Source of the DNA: Torpedo marmorata | Lineage: Eukaryota | Reading direction: 5' to 3' | Length of the DNA stretch: 64,000 nucleotides | NCBI GenBank assembly: GCA_977017645.1 | Contig: OZ360222.1 | Coordinates: forward strand, 68,448,001-68,512,000 | Shown: positions 36,976-50,120 of the stretch, piece after piece | Numbering within the stretch: the first letter of the stretch is position 1 | Layout: every line of letters begins with the position of its first letter | Program-made: the position numbers and the translations under genes | The notes under the pieces: model-generated | Seen by the model: only the letters and a program-made list of their open reading frames with translations | The model's database searches: none | What the model was told of the DNA's origin: nothing

Positions 36976-37734
36976 CACTGCCCACCACAGAGTTGGTACA
37001 ACTGAAAGAGCGATAGACCATCAGTTCATTCATCTGCTTCCTGAATTCTTTGCTCTTGCAACAGTGTTTTGGACACAATTACAAGCGCTTTCTAAAAGAA
37101 TAACATCTTAGTAGAACATAGGAAATTGACTGCTGCTTTGAGGATATCACATGGTGGTGACCAGAGGAAAAATGTCCCACAATTAGCAAGCAATTATTCT
37201 GTTAAAAGTTTGCTTTGAACAGGAAGTCATAACCCCAGGAATTAAGATTTCCATTAATAATGAGTGCCAATTCTTCAACAGTAAGGAGAACAGCAATCCC
37301 AGCCCTTTGTTACTCAATGTGCTTCCCATATTACAAATCAAAGTATATTAAGATAGAATAATCAAAATGTGATGTGACATTTCCTGAAACTTAAATTTTC
37401 ATATTGGTTGAGATAGACGAGATTGCCCCCCATTAGGATACCTCCAAGAAGTGACCTCCTGGGTCTTGGACTGGTACCAATGAAAACAAAGAGAACCATG
37501 ATTTTGGACGCACTCACTAATTGATCTGAAGCTAGTGGATGCTGGGAAATTATTCTGCACACAAAACATTCTTTTCCAGGTTACTGCAGCTCCAGATTCC
37601 AGCACAGAAAATTATTTCAAGCTATTTTACTGAAAAAGTAATTGTGACAGTGGCCTACTTTAACATTGGTAAGTTAATCCATAAATAATTAAAGCACGTT
37701 GCATAAATATTTAACCATGGGAAACTTTTTTCCC

Positions 37735-37979
37735 TTTTGCCATCTGGAAGGAGGTACCGAAGCACTTGGCTTCGTACGTCCAGATTGTGCAACAGTTTTT
37801 CCCCCCAAGCCATCAGGCTCCTCAATTCCTAGATATATATGTGTATTAGCATGTTATAGTTTTTTTTTATTGTATTATGATATTTATGTACATCTGCCCA
37901 TGTTCCTGGAGAAACGCTATCTCGTCTTACTGTGTATATGGTAATGAATGACAAATAAAGGTGACTTGACTTGACTTGA
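37735..37979 (+). mobile_element. Rex/Babar 3' end
   Basis: LPSGRRYR...SFSPQAIRLLN-like; AATAAAG(TGACT)n tail. Confidence 0.65.
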
Positions 37980-38099
37980 ACTTTTAATGCCGGATTTTGT
38001 CCTGGACTGAATGAAAAGATTGAGATTTAGATGGAGCACTCTCCAATGTGCATTCAACCCTCAGGATCAAGAAATAAAGGCCTTGTGGCATGTTGAGAT

Positions 38100-38720
38100 T
38101 TTTTTAGAGATACAGCATGGTAACAGGCCCTTCTGGCCAGTGGCGGATTAACCATTAGGCTGAGTAGGCTTACGCCTAGGGGCCCGGAAGGGGGGGGGGC
38201 CGGCAGGAGCGGGAACCTCGGGCTCCCGGCAGGAACGGGGACCTCGGGCTCCTGGGCCGGAGCGGGGACCTCGGGCTCTACAATTCTTTCGACCCCAAAA
38301 GTTCAATCGACCCCCCCGGCGTTTATCGACCCCCTGGCATTTTCTGACTCCTTGGATAGTCCCATCGACCTCCAGGGGTCGATATCGACCACTTTGGAGA
38401 CCCCTAATATAAGTACTTTAACGTAACTTAACAACACTTTATTTTATTCGACGAAGGGTGGAGCAGGAGGCAAGGTCAGGGGGAGCCTTACTAAAGCTCA
38501 GCCTTGGGGCCCGGGTGGTAGTTAATCCGCCCCTGCTTCTGGCCCATGAGCCCATGCTACCCAAATACACCAATAAACCTACAAACCCCATAAATCTTTG
38601 GAACGTGGGAAGAAACCGGAGCACCCAAAGGAAACCCACGCGGACATGAGGAAAACATACAAACTCCTTACAAACAGCGCTGGATTCAAACAGTTGTGCT
38701 AACCATGACGTTAACTATGC
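38100..38720 (-). mobile_element. tRNA-derived SINE interrupted by a hAT MITE
   Basis: Same family as 18330 and 59345; sequence is continuous once 38138-38543 is removed. Confidence 0.75.
38138..38535. mobile_element. hAT-type MITE
   Basis: 15-bp TIR CAG(T/G)GGCGGATTAAC; 8-bp TSD CTTCTGGC at 38130-38137 and 38536-38543. Confidence 0.88.
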
Positions 38721-39042
38721 TGTGTTATGTGCACAAGCATGTTTAATTTATTTGATATAGATATCAGCCAAGGTAGTATTGGAACTTTTGTCTCAATCGG
38801 CTAGTGAGAGAGAAAGTAAGAATCAACAGTCTTAGAAACATTCAGCACAAACACAGGCCCTTTGCTCCTACCTCATCCATGTTGACCTTGATGCCACTAT
38901 GTCAATCTCATTTTCTCACATTAAGCCCATATCCATCAATACCTTTCCCATCCAACAATCTTCTGCCTTCCACCACGTCTTCTGGCAATTCATTCCAGAT
39001 ATTCACCATCTTTTCTGTGAAAATCATATTCCTCAGATCTCC

Positions 39043-41660
39043 ATATATCCATATAACAATTACAGCACAGACACAGGCCAGTTCGGCCCTTCTAGTCCAT
39101 GCTGAAGACCTTCTCCCACCTAGTCCCACTGACCCGCACCTGGCCCATAACCCTCCACACCTCTCTCATCCATATACCTATCCAACATTTCCATAAACAT
39201 TAAAATTGAACCTGCATCTACCACTTCGGCCAGAAGCTCGTTCCACACTCCCACCACCCTCTGAGTGAAGAAATTCCCCCTCATGTTTCCTCTAAACTTT
39301 CCCCCCTTCAATCTCAATCCATGTCCTACTGTTTGAATCTCCCCCCTCTCAATGGAAAAAGCCTCTATCAAATCACCCCTCAATCTTCTACACTCCAGAG
39401 AATAAAGTCCTAGCCTGCTCAACCTTTCCCTGTAACTCAAACCCAGAAACCCAGACAACATTCTTGTAAATCCCCTCTGCACTCTCTCTATTGTTTATAT
39501 CCATCCTATAATTCGGCGACCAAAACTGCACACAATATTCCAAATTTGGCCTCACCAATGCTTTATACAACATGACATCCCAACTCCTGTATTCAATACT
39601 CTGATTTATGAAGGCCAACATAAAAAATGCATTCTTCACCACCCTATCTACGTATGACTCAACTTTCAGGGAATTATGTACCAGAATTCCTAAATCCCTT
39701 TGTTCTACTGCACTCCTCAATTATCTTCCATTTAACATGTATGACCTTTGCTGATTAATCCTACCAAAATGTAGCACCTCACATTTATCAGTATTAAACT
39801 CCATCTGCCATGTTTCAGCCCACTCTTCTAACTGTCCTATATCCACCTGCAAGCTTTGATAACCCTCTTCATTGTCTAGAACACCACCAATCTTCGTATC
39901 ATCTGCATATTTACTAATCCAATTTACCACCCTATCATCTAGATCATTAATATATATGACAAACAACAATGGACCCAGTACCGATCCCTGAGGCACTCCA
40001 CTAGTCACCGGCCTCCAATTTGACAAACAATTTTCCACCACTACACTCTGGCATCTCCTATCCAACCATTGTTGAATCCATTTTACTACTTCGTCGTTAA
40101 TACCTAATGCTTGAACCTTCCTAACTAACCTCTTATGCGGAACCTTGTCAAATGCCTTACTAAAGTCCATATAGACAACATCCACAGCCTTCCCCTCGTC
40201 AACCTTCTTAGTAACCTCCTCGAAAAACTCGATAAGATTTTTAAAACATGATCTACCACTTACAAAACTGTGTTTGTCTTTCCAAATAACTGTATATACC
40301 ATCTCTAAGAACACTCTTCATTAATTTACCCAACTCCGATGTCAGACTCACAGGCCTATAATTTCCAGGTTTACTTTTGGAGCCTTTTTTAAGCAGCGGG
40401 ACAACATGAGCTACCCTCCAATCCTCCGGCACCTCCCCCGTGGCCAGTGACATTTTAAATATTCCTGTCAGAGCCCCCACTATTTGTACACTAAACCTCC
40501 CTCAGGGTCCTCGGGAATATTTTGTCAGGACCTGGAGATTTATCCTCCTTTATTCTCTTTAAAATAGCCAATACTACCTCCTCATTAATCTTTAATCAAT
40601 CACAGATGGTGGCGCTGCCGGAGCCGCTGGTGTGGACCCGCGGGGTGCGTGGGAGCGGAGATACAGTGCTCCCGCAGGGTCCAACCGCCCAGTCGACTGC
40701 CGTCGATTCCGCACGGGCTTTGAACGGCCCGTTGAGGGAGCCGACGGTGGTTTTATTTACGAACCTGCGACCACGGGGTCTGCGCCCAAGATGGCAGCGC
40801 CTTTTAACTGGCAGCAGCCATGAGGGGCTGCAAACTCCGGGGAAGCGGAGGACTGGAGCAGGGCACCAGAGGATGGGAAGATCACCCCCCGTCTGAGAAG
40901 GAGAAGCGGAGGAGACGACCCACGGGACGGTGACCACGGCGGTGGACTAGTGAGGGGCTCTGAGGCTGAAGGACCAGTGCATGCGGCGGGCTGCTGGCGA
41001 CTGGAGGCGAGGAACCCGCGGAGGCTGTGGGCTGCTGGAGACTGCTGTCGGGGGTCTCACGCCGGGCTGTGGACTGCTGGAGGCTGGCTCGACCTGGCTG
41101 GAGGAGTACCAGGTATCGGAACCGGGATGCGAGGGGGTGCCGAGGGCACCCTGACCGTGTCGTAGGTTCGGATCTGGAGCTCGGGTTGCCATCGTTTGGA
41201 CTGGACTCTGTGTGGCTGCAGAGGCTCCGGAAGCACTGGAGGCGAATCTACGGACACTCGATGACTCTGGGGGGGACTCTCTTATGCTTCTCTTTCTCTG
41301 ACTGTAAGGAATGTTAGAGGCGCTTAGGCAATTTCTGCCAGTGGCGAAACTGTCTGCCTTGCTGCAGGCAAAAAGAAATTTCATGGAATATGACACTGTC
41401 TTATTACTATGACAATAAATTGAATCTTGAATCTTGAATATTATCCATGACCTCACTACCAGATTTCCTTACGTCACCTGGCTCAATATTCCTTTCCTTT
41501 GTGAATACTGAAGAAAAAAAATCATTTAAAATTTCCTCCATCTCTTCTGACTTCTCACATAGCCTACCCGTCTGATCCTCAATGGGCCCAATTTTATCCC
41601 TCACTATTCTTTTACTTTTAATGTACCTGTAGAAACCCTTTGGATTTATTTTTTACCTTG
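39043..41660 (-). mobile_element. CR1 family A, interrupted by retroposon copy 5
   Basis: Minus-strand ORFs nearly identical to 28850-30645. Confidence 0.93.
40604..41439 (+). mobile_element. GC-rich non-autonomous retroposon, copy 5
   Basis: AGATGGTGGCG start, (TTGAATC)n end; CR1 is colinear on both sides, no clear TSD. Confidence 0.85.
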
Positions 41661-41883
41661 CCTGACAATTATATTTCTCGTGACTATCTAACTTATCTAA
41701 GGCCCTCATTAATTTACAAATCTCATAAAGGTCATCTATGTTCAAATGAGAATAAAACGAGCCTGTCCAATTTCTCCTTGATAACTAGACCCCTCTATTC
41801 CAGGCAACATCCTGGTGAATAACTACTGCACTCTTCCTGTCATGTGTTTACCAGAGCTATACACAATACTAAAAATATGGCCT

Positions 41884-44706
41884 AAGAGCGGTACCCGCTC
41901 TGTGCAAGCGAACCGGTGCCCGCAATGGCGGCCGCACAAGTACACGTGGCAACAGCAGGGGCCGGCGCAAAGATGGCACCGACCCCCCTACTTCTTCAAC
42001 CAGGAGAAGAAGGACAGGAGACGCGAGAAAGTTCCCATTTTAATGTACAGCTCCCATTGTCATGTAGACGACAGCGATTAAGCGGCAAAGGTCATGTAAA
42101 CGACAGCAATTAAGCTCGCAGCCCTGCGTAAAAGCCAGGGCTGCGAGACCGATTAAACAGTCTTGCTTGCAACCCACCGACTGTGTGTTGTTCTTCAGAA
42201 TTCTGTGTAGCTCACACTACATTGGTGACACCGGCAAGTCCAAACGAATTTGGACCGACAATGACCGACTCCACGGCCATCAGCGCAGTCGCCGTCAAGC
42301 TGCCGACCTTCTGGACCCACCGACCCCATGTGTGATTCGATCAGGCAGAAGCACAGTTTGCACTCCGCAGCATCACCGGAGATGCCACCAAGTACTACTA
42401 TGTGGTCAGCTCACTTGGAGAGGATGCAGCCGCACGGGTGGAAGATTTCCTGCACAGACCACCGGAGGAGGGTAAATACCCCACTTTCAAAGCCCTGTTG
42501 ATGAACACTTTCGGGTTTTCGCGACAGGAGCGGGGTGCCCTCTTGCTGTGGCTGGACGGGCTGGGAGACAGATAGCCCTCACAGCTCATGGACAAGATGC
42601 TGGCCCTCATAGGAGGCCACACGTGCCTTTGCTTCGTGCAGGTTTTCTTAGAGATGATGCCACTCAACGTGCGCCTGGCACTCGCAGAGGCGGATTTCTC
42701 CACGCCCAGGACAGTGGCAACTCAAGTGGACACTCTCTGGGAAGCAGGAGGGTGAGTCAGACAATGGTTGACCAAGTGGTCAAACCAAAACCCCAGCACC
42801 CCAACCCTGCTCGTCCCACCGAACACACAGCCCACGGTAGCAGCAGCGATGACGCCAACCTCGATTGGTGTTTCTCCCACCGTCGTTGGGGCCCTAAGGC
42901 TCGCCGGTGCAGGTCTCCCTGCAAGTTTCCAGGAAACGACAAGGCCAGCCGTCGCTAGTGGCTACGATGGCTGGCCACAGAGACAGCCTACTGTATGTCA
43001 GGGACAAGAATTCCGGACGGCCGTTCCTCGTGGACACAGGAGCCAAAATCAGCATTACGCTCCAAAAACCGTACGGTCACAGGGACACACGCTGCGGGCC
43101 GCCAACGGCAGCTCCATACCGACATTCGGCCCGAGGACGGCATACCTCCGGTTCGGCCATTTCTCGTGGGAGTTCACGCTCGCAAGCGTCTGGCTGCCCA
43201 TCCTAGGGGCCGACTTCCTCAGGGCACACAGCTTACTGGTAGACCTGCAGAGTAAGCGGCTGGTCCACGCACAGACCTTCCAATCCTTTGCCCTGCAAAA
43301 ATCCAATCACCACGCCACCCAGCTGAGATCCGTAGTGCAGCCAGAGGATGATTTCACCCGCTTTCTCGCTGATTTCCCGTCGATTTCCGACCCCAAGTTC
43401 ACGGCAGAGATGCCCAAGCATGGCGTCAGGCACCACATCACCACCCAGGGCCCAGCGCTCCACGCCGGCACACGCCGCTTGCCCCCGGATAAACTCCGAC
43501 TATCCAAAGAGGAGTTTAGCAGGATGGAGGCCTTAGGGATAATCAGACGCTCCGATAGTCCCTGGGCAAGCCACTCCCGACCGCTACCTTGTTCCCGACA
43601 TTCAGGACTTCGCTGCCAACCTGCACGGGGCGACTATATTTTCAAAGGTCAAACTCATCCGAGGTTATCACCAAATCCCGTGCTACTGGAGGATGTGCCA
43701 AAACAGTTTGGTGAGTAATTTTTGGAATTGTAAATTTAGTTTAAAAAGGGCGCTTTTTCGGGCCTCTGTCTATTCAGTTGCGTTGGAGTGTTGGAGTGGG
43801 AGGAGCGACTGGTGACTGGTGCTTGGTGAGTAATTTTTGGACGTAAATTTAGTTTAAAAAGGGCGCTTTTTCGGGCCTAGGGCTACGTTAAGTGGTGATT
43901 AGTGGTAGTAAGAAATTGGGTATTTGAGTTAATTAGCAGTGACCTATAACAGGAAGGGAAGTTAAGAGAGCGGCCCAGTGAGTGAGTGGCATAGGGAAGG
44001 AGTGGAGCACTGAGGCGTTGGCTCAAGAGGCTTCAAAGAGAAGAAGCTGAGGTAGTGCTACCTCAGGTAGTGCGACAGTGGCCCGAGCGCATCCCCAACA
44101 ACCTGCGGAGCTGTGAGTATGTGTTCGTCAGAAGGGGACCACACAGGGCACCACTACAACGGCCTTATGAAGGCCCTTCCGGGTAGTTAAAAATAACGGC
44201 TCCGCCTTCATATTGGACATTGGGGGTAAAGAAGAATGTTTCACAACAGACCGTTTAAAACCAGCACACATGGACTTAACTCAACCTATTGAACTATAGG
44301 CACCCAGACGCAGGGGCCGGCCTCCTAAACAACCGAGAAACTCTAACATCGGTTCTGGGGGGGCATTGTGTAGCGGTACCCGCTCTGGGCAAGCAAACCA
44401 GTGCCCACAATGGCGGCCGCGCAAGTACACGTGGCAACAGCAGGGGCCAGTGAAAAGATGGCACCGACCCCCCTCTTCTTCAACCAGAAGAAGGACAGGA
44501 GACCGCATGCGGAAAGTTCCCATTGTAATGTACAGCTCCCATTGTCATGTAGACGTCAGCGATTAAGCGGCAATGGTCATGTAAACGACAGCAATGAATC
44601 TCGCAGTCCTGCGTAAAAGCCAGGGCTGTGAGACCGATTAAACAGTCTTGCTTGCAACCCACCGACTGTGTGTTGTTCTTCAGAATTCTGTGTAGCTCAC
44701 GCTACA
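41884..44706 (+). mobile_element. Gypsy LTR retrotransposon, internally deleted
   Basis: LTRs ~41884-42221 and 44369-44706; tRNA-Trp-like PBS TGGTGACACCG at 42223; G-rich PPT ~44353-44364; TSD GCCT; gag AVKLPTFW, WCFSH..C..PC; protease FLVDTGA; RT start SDSPWAS; integrase tail PYEGPF...DRLKPAH. Confidence 0.93.
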
Positions 44707-45295
44707 GCCTAACCAATATTTTGTACAGCTGTAAAAGGAAATCCCAAATTCTATACTCGTGCTTCACCCTGTGAATTCAAGTATACCAAATGCCTTTTTC
44801 ACTACCCAATTCAACTGTGTCACTACTTTCAGGGGAGCTATGGATTTTCACTCCAAGGTCCTTCTGTACATCAATGCTACTAAATTCTCTACCATTTACT
44901 CTGTATGTCCAACTTCACAGAGTGCAGAATGTCACACCTTAATGTTTAAACAAAGGTCCTGATGCATGAGTTGTTGGAAGGGCAAGATCGTAATTTAGTT
45001 GGATTGCCTCACTTGTTTAAAAACACAATCAGAGAAGGCTTTGGGCACAAGGAGTTTAAGACTTGAAGTTTTCTTTGATCAGGATCAGGCCATCTATGGC
45101 ATGAGGAGTGAATGACAAAGTTAGAAAAGGGAGTACAGTTGAAGTCCAAAAACACAAATGCCAAAAATCCAGACCACGCGAGAATCCAAACTCTCATACT
45201 TTTCAAATTTCTTTCTTTTTCAATCTTTTTATTGATTTTTATAAGAAATACAGTACAATGAAGAAAAGGGAACGAAATTGAAAATACAACATCAC

Positions 45296-45296
<1 letters not shown>

Positions 45297-45335
<39 letters not shown>
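45297..45335. repeat. (TA)n microsatellite
   Basis: Direct inspection. Confidence 0.95.
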
Positions 45336-45340
<5 letters not shown>

Positions 45341-45695
45341 TAAAACTTCATACAGTATAAATTCGATCCCCCCCTCCAACTGCAATAAGTGACAACATAC
45401 TTTTTAAATTTAGCAGGCTTTTGTGTGTGTGCGTGCGTATGTGCATGCATAAGTGCCACAGATGCACAGCGGTAATACAGCGCTGAATATAGGTAATCTT
45501 ATCACAAAGAAATTCATTTGTATAATGTATTTTTCTTTTACAATGTTCATTTTTAAACATAATTTGAAGCATTATATGCTCTTTTTTTGTAGTGAAAAAA
45601 ATTATGTTTTCATTTTTGTCAAGTGTTAACTTTATTTTTCTTTAAAACTGCTTGATTTGATAAATGAAGCATGCTGTATTTGCTAATAAATAAAC

Positions 45696-46037
45696 TGTAG
45701 CGTGAGCTACACAGAATTCTGAAGAACAACACACAGTCGGTGGGTTGCAAGCAAGACTGTTTAATCAGTCTCGCAGCCCTGGCTTTTACACAGGGCTGCG
45801 AGCTTAATTGATGTCGTTTACATGACCAGTGCCACTTAATCGCTGTCGTCTACATGACAATGGGAGCTGTACATTACAATGGGAACTTTCTGCATGCGGG
45901 TCTCCTGTCCTTCTTCTCCTGGTTGAAGAAGTAGGGGGGTCGGTGCCATCTTTGCGCCGGCCCCTGCTGTTGCCATGTGTACTTGCACGGCGCCATTGCG
46001 GGCACCGGTTTGCTTGCCCAGAGCGGGTACCGCTGCA
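45696..46037 (-). mobile_element. Solo LTR of the same Gypsy family
   Basis: Reverse complement of 44369-44706; TG...CA ends; flanks AAAC/CAAC (imperfect 4-bp TSD). Confidence 0.92.
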
Positions 46038-46656
46038 CAACTATCAAAATTTACCTGTTCATCTCTTCTTTATTCGCCTTATATTTGAATTTTAAAAGTA
46101 CTGCCCGAGAATCCAGAAAATCCGAAAATCTGGTCCAACCCAATCCCCAAGCAGACCGGATTTTAGGACTTATTACTGCCATAAGAAAATATTATTTTAA
46201 AAATTATGCCGGAGATGGATGGCTCCATGATTCTCTGGATTTTTCTCAGTGAGCAGCGGAATCCAAAAGGGCCCTAGAAGGCTTGAGTTTTCGGAGTTCA
46301 CTTGGCAATAGTTATATCACAATTCATCTCAATGCTCCAGAGATAGAGAGAGAACATTAGCCACAGGGAAACTTGAAATGAAAGTGGAATATCTCTCCAA
46401 ATAACATCTTGTCATTTAAATATTGCCAAGAATAAAACCCCAGTCAAAGTTACCAATATATCTTGCCGATCAAATTGAAGATAAATATTTAGGGCTTAAG
46501 CAGCCTTGAGCATTTGGGATTAATTTTAAAATGTATGACTTTTAAAAAGAAGTGCTTTTAAGCTGGCTGTCATGCCAGTGCTGATGGAGAACAGATTGGT
46601 GCAAGGCTCCTCTTGACCTAGGCCTTTTACAAATAAATATAATAATTTACAAACAT

Positions 46657-49086
46657 AAAATTTTAGCAAATAGAGTGGCTAAATATTTACCAGATTTAAT
46701 TCATGTAGATCAAGCAGGTTTTATTAAGAATAGATATTCAAAAGATAATATAGCCAGGTTAATCAGTTTAATAAATGTGGCACAAAAGAAAGAGGAATTA
46801 GCATTAGTATTAACATTAGATGCTGAAAAGGCTTTTGATAGATTAGAATGGAATTATTTATTTAAAGTATTGGAAAAATTTGGTTTTGGAACTACATTTA
46901 TTAATTGGATTAAAACTATATATAAAGAACCTTCTGCCAGAGTGGTGACAAATGGACAAATTTCTTCAAAATTTTTGTTGACTAGGTCGATTAGACAAGG
47001 ATGTCCTTTGTCGCCAGCATTGTTTATTTTAGCAATAGAACTGTTAGCAGAATTAATTAGACAAGATATTAAAATTGTAGGTATTAAAGTTGGAAAAGAA
47101 GAACATAAAATTAGTTTGTTTGCAGATGATGTATTGATTTATATGACAAATCCTATTGATTCTTTAATGCAACTGACTGTTTTATTGAGAGAATATGGGG
47201 AAATATCTGGTTATAAGATTAATTCTGATAAAAGTGAAATTATGGCATTGACACAAGGAGATTATAATAAATGTAAAGAAACTACTCCATTTAAATGGTC
47301 AAATAATGGAATTAAATATTTAGGAATAAAAGTAGATACAAAATTAGGTAATTTATATAAATTAAATTATTTACCATTATTTACTAATATTAAAAAAGAT
47401 TTAGAGAATTGGAAAGATTTACCTATAACTTTAATGGGAAGGGTAAATTGTATCAAAATGAATGTTTTCCCAAGAATTCAATATCTTTTAAAATCAATTC
47501 CTTATGAAATTCCTCAAAAAAAACTTTAAGGATTTAAATTTAATTATTAGGAAATTTTTGTGGAAAGGAAAGTTGGTTAGAGTAGGTATGGAGAAACTAA
47601 CCTGGGATTATGAAATGGGTGGTTTACAACTTCCTAATTTTCAAAATTATTATAAAGCAGCTCAATTAAAATTTATTAATGAAATGTTTGATTTAGGAAA
47701 ATCTTCTGCTTGGATTAGCATAGAATTAAATAATACAGGAGAAGATTTGAAAGAAGAGGTTATTTATAAGTGGGATTCTAAATTATTATTAAGAGGAGAT
47801 AAGAACTCCCCTATTTTAAGGCATTTGTTAGAAATATGGAATAAACTGGATAAGGAGATAGGAGGGAAAGGGTTAATTTCTTGTAAAATGCCTTTATATC
47901 AAAATAAACTTATCCCATTTAATATTGATAATCAATTGTTTAAAATTTGGTTTCAAAAAGGGATTAAAAAAGTAAGTGACTGTTTTGAAGCTGGTATATT
48001 TATTACTTTTCAAAGAATGAAAGAGAAGTTTAATGTATTAAACAATACACTCTTTGCTTATTATCAAATAAGAACATTTTTGGTTGAAAAGTTAGGGCAT
48101 AGTTTGATCTTACCAAGACAAAGTGAATTGGAGTTACTCGTTATTAATGGGGGTATAAATAAATTTATTTCTCAAATGTATAGATTGTTACAGAAAAAAA
48201 TGCCAAAACCAGGAATTCATAGATCAAGATTAAAATGGGAATTAGATCTGAATGTAACAATAGATGAGGAACATTGGAAAGAAATATGTAAACAATGTAT
48301 GATGAAGATTATTAATGTTAGATATAGGTTAGTGCAATATAATTTTTTGCGTCAGTTATATTTAACTCCAAAGAAACTAAAAAAATTTAATCTGAAATTA
48401 TCAGGTTTATGTTTTAGATGTAATAAAGAGGAAGGTTATTTTGTACATTCTACGTGGTTTTGTCTAAAGATATATGATTTTTGGTTGAAAGCTAAAAAGT
48501 GTTTAGATAACGTATTGAGAATTACACTCCCAATGGATCCTAGTATATTTTTGTTTGGAGATATTAAAAGATTTAGTAGTAAAATGAGATTAAATATGTA
48601 CCAAATAGAATTTTTGCGAATTGCTTTAGCTGTTTCAAAGAAATGCATTGCTATTACATGGAAATCTGATGTAGATTTAGGGTTAGAAAGATGGCATGCA
48701 GAACTTGGTTCATGCATACCACTTGAAAAAATTACCTATAATTTACGTAATAAATATCATTTATTTTTAAAGGTATGGAGCCCATATATAAAAACTGTGG
48801 GTTTAAGGATTTGAAGATCTCTTGATATCGGGTCCGACTGGCGAACCTGTGTTCCACAATAAAATTAATTTATAGTTCTTTTTTTTACAATGACATTCTC
48901 CACACTCTATTCTTTTTTCTTTCTTTTCTTTCTTTTTTAGTGGAGTAGAGGGGGTGGGTGGGTTAGGGAGGGGGAAGGGAGGGAGGGGAGGGTGAAAATA
49001 TATCACATGTATTTTGATAATTTTGTATTTTATAAACATGTATTATCGTGTGATTTAAAATTTTAAATACATTTTTTTAAAATAAT
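46657..49086 (+). mobile_element. AT-rich L1-clade LINE, 5'-truncated in RT
   Basis: ORFs 46675-47529 and 47504-48814 (one frameshift in an A run); duplicated flank ATAATAATTTACAAACATAAAAT at 46639-46661 and 49085-49107. Confidence 0.93.
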
Positions 49087-49472
49087 AATAATTTACAAAC
49101 ATAAAATGCAGAAAAGATAAATAGACAAATAAACAAATAGGTTAATTCTCATATTTGACAAATACCATACACATCTCTCCTTTCCCCCTAATCCTCAATA
49201 TTTTCCTTCTGAGGTGTCTACCCACCTCCCTCCAATAAACTGTTCCTATCCAGCTGCACTGCTTCCTTGGAAATTCCATCAAATTTATGCAAGGAAGTGA
49301 AACCATAAACAAGATAGCTCTTGTTAAAACTGTTCTCATCAGACTGACGTTGAGGAAGAATATATTCTTGTCTAGTTTTCTCCCAATAGACTTTGCTTCA
49401 GAGAGTCTTTGAAGAATTTATTGTCCAATTTAATGTTGCTGGAACCTTCAGAAAGCAATATGGTAGTGAATA

Positions 49473-49697
49473 CCATATCAAGTTCTGGGGGCCAATTTTT
49501 CGGGTCAAATTTGGGGGTTTGACTTTCACACCGATAGTAAGTACCTGTGTCATTCAAGAAATCGGGAGCTCAGATTCCTGGGACCAGATGGTAATTCCAT
49601 GTTTGGGGCATTGGGAGCTTGGAGGGGTGGGCGATCGGGGCCAAAAATAGGACGGTCGACTTTTACACAGGATCGACTATTACACTAGTAGATACGG
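49473..49697. mobile_element. Degenerate pogo/Passer-type MITE
   Basis: TA-CCATA start, ...TACGG-TA end, GTCGAC motifs. Confidence 0.45.
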
Positions 49698-49844
49698 TAA
49701 TTACAAGGAGCATCCAACAGAAAGATTACTGATCCTGGCATCAGATGACTGGAAAAGCAATTGCGATATTGGAAGCTCCCTGTGAAGAGTTGCATTTGAT
49801 GCTCTCAGCAAGCACTGGCATTCATTTTATACGCTTGTAGACAT

Positions 49845-50120
49845 TGGACATAAGAACAGAGATGCGTAGGAATTTCTTCAGCCAGAGGGTGGTAAATCTG
49901 TGGAATTCGTTACCACAGGTGGTTGTGGAGGTCAGGTCATTGGGTGCATTTAAGGCAGAGATTGATAGGTTCTTGTTTAGCCAGGGCATCAAAGGTTATG
50001 GGGAGAAGGCCGGGCAGTGGGGCTGAGTGCGAAAATTGATCAGCTCATGATTGAATGGTGGGGCAGACTCGATGGGCTGAATAGCCTATTTCTGCTCCTA
50101 TGTGTTATGGTCTTATGGCT
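49845..50120 (+). mobile_element. CR1 3' end
   Basis: MRRNFFSQRVVNLWNSLP...IKGYGEKAG; TATGGTCT-type tail. Confidence 0.85.
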
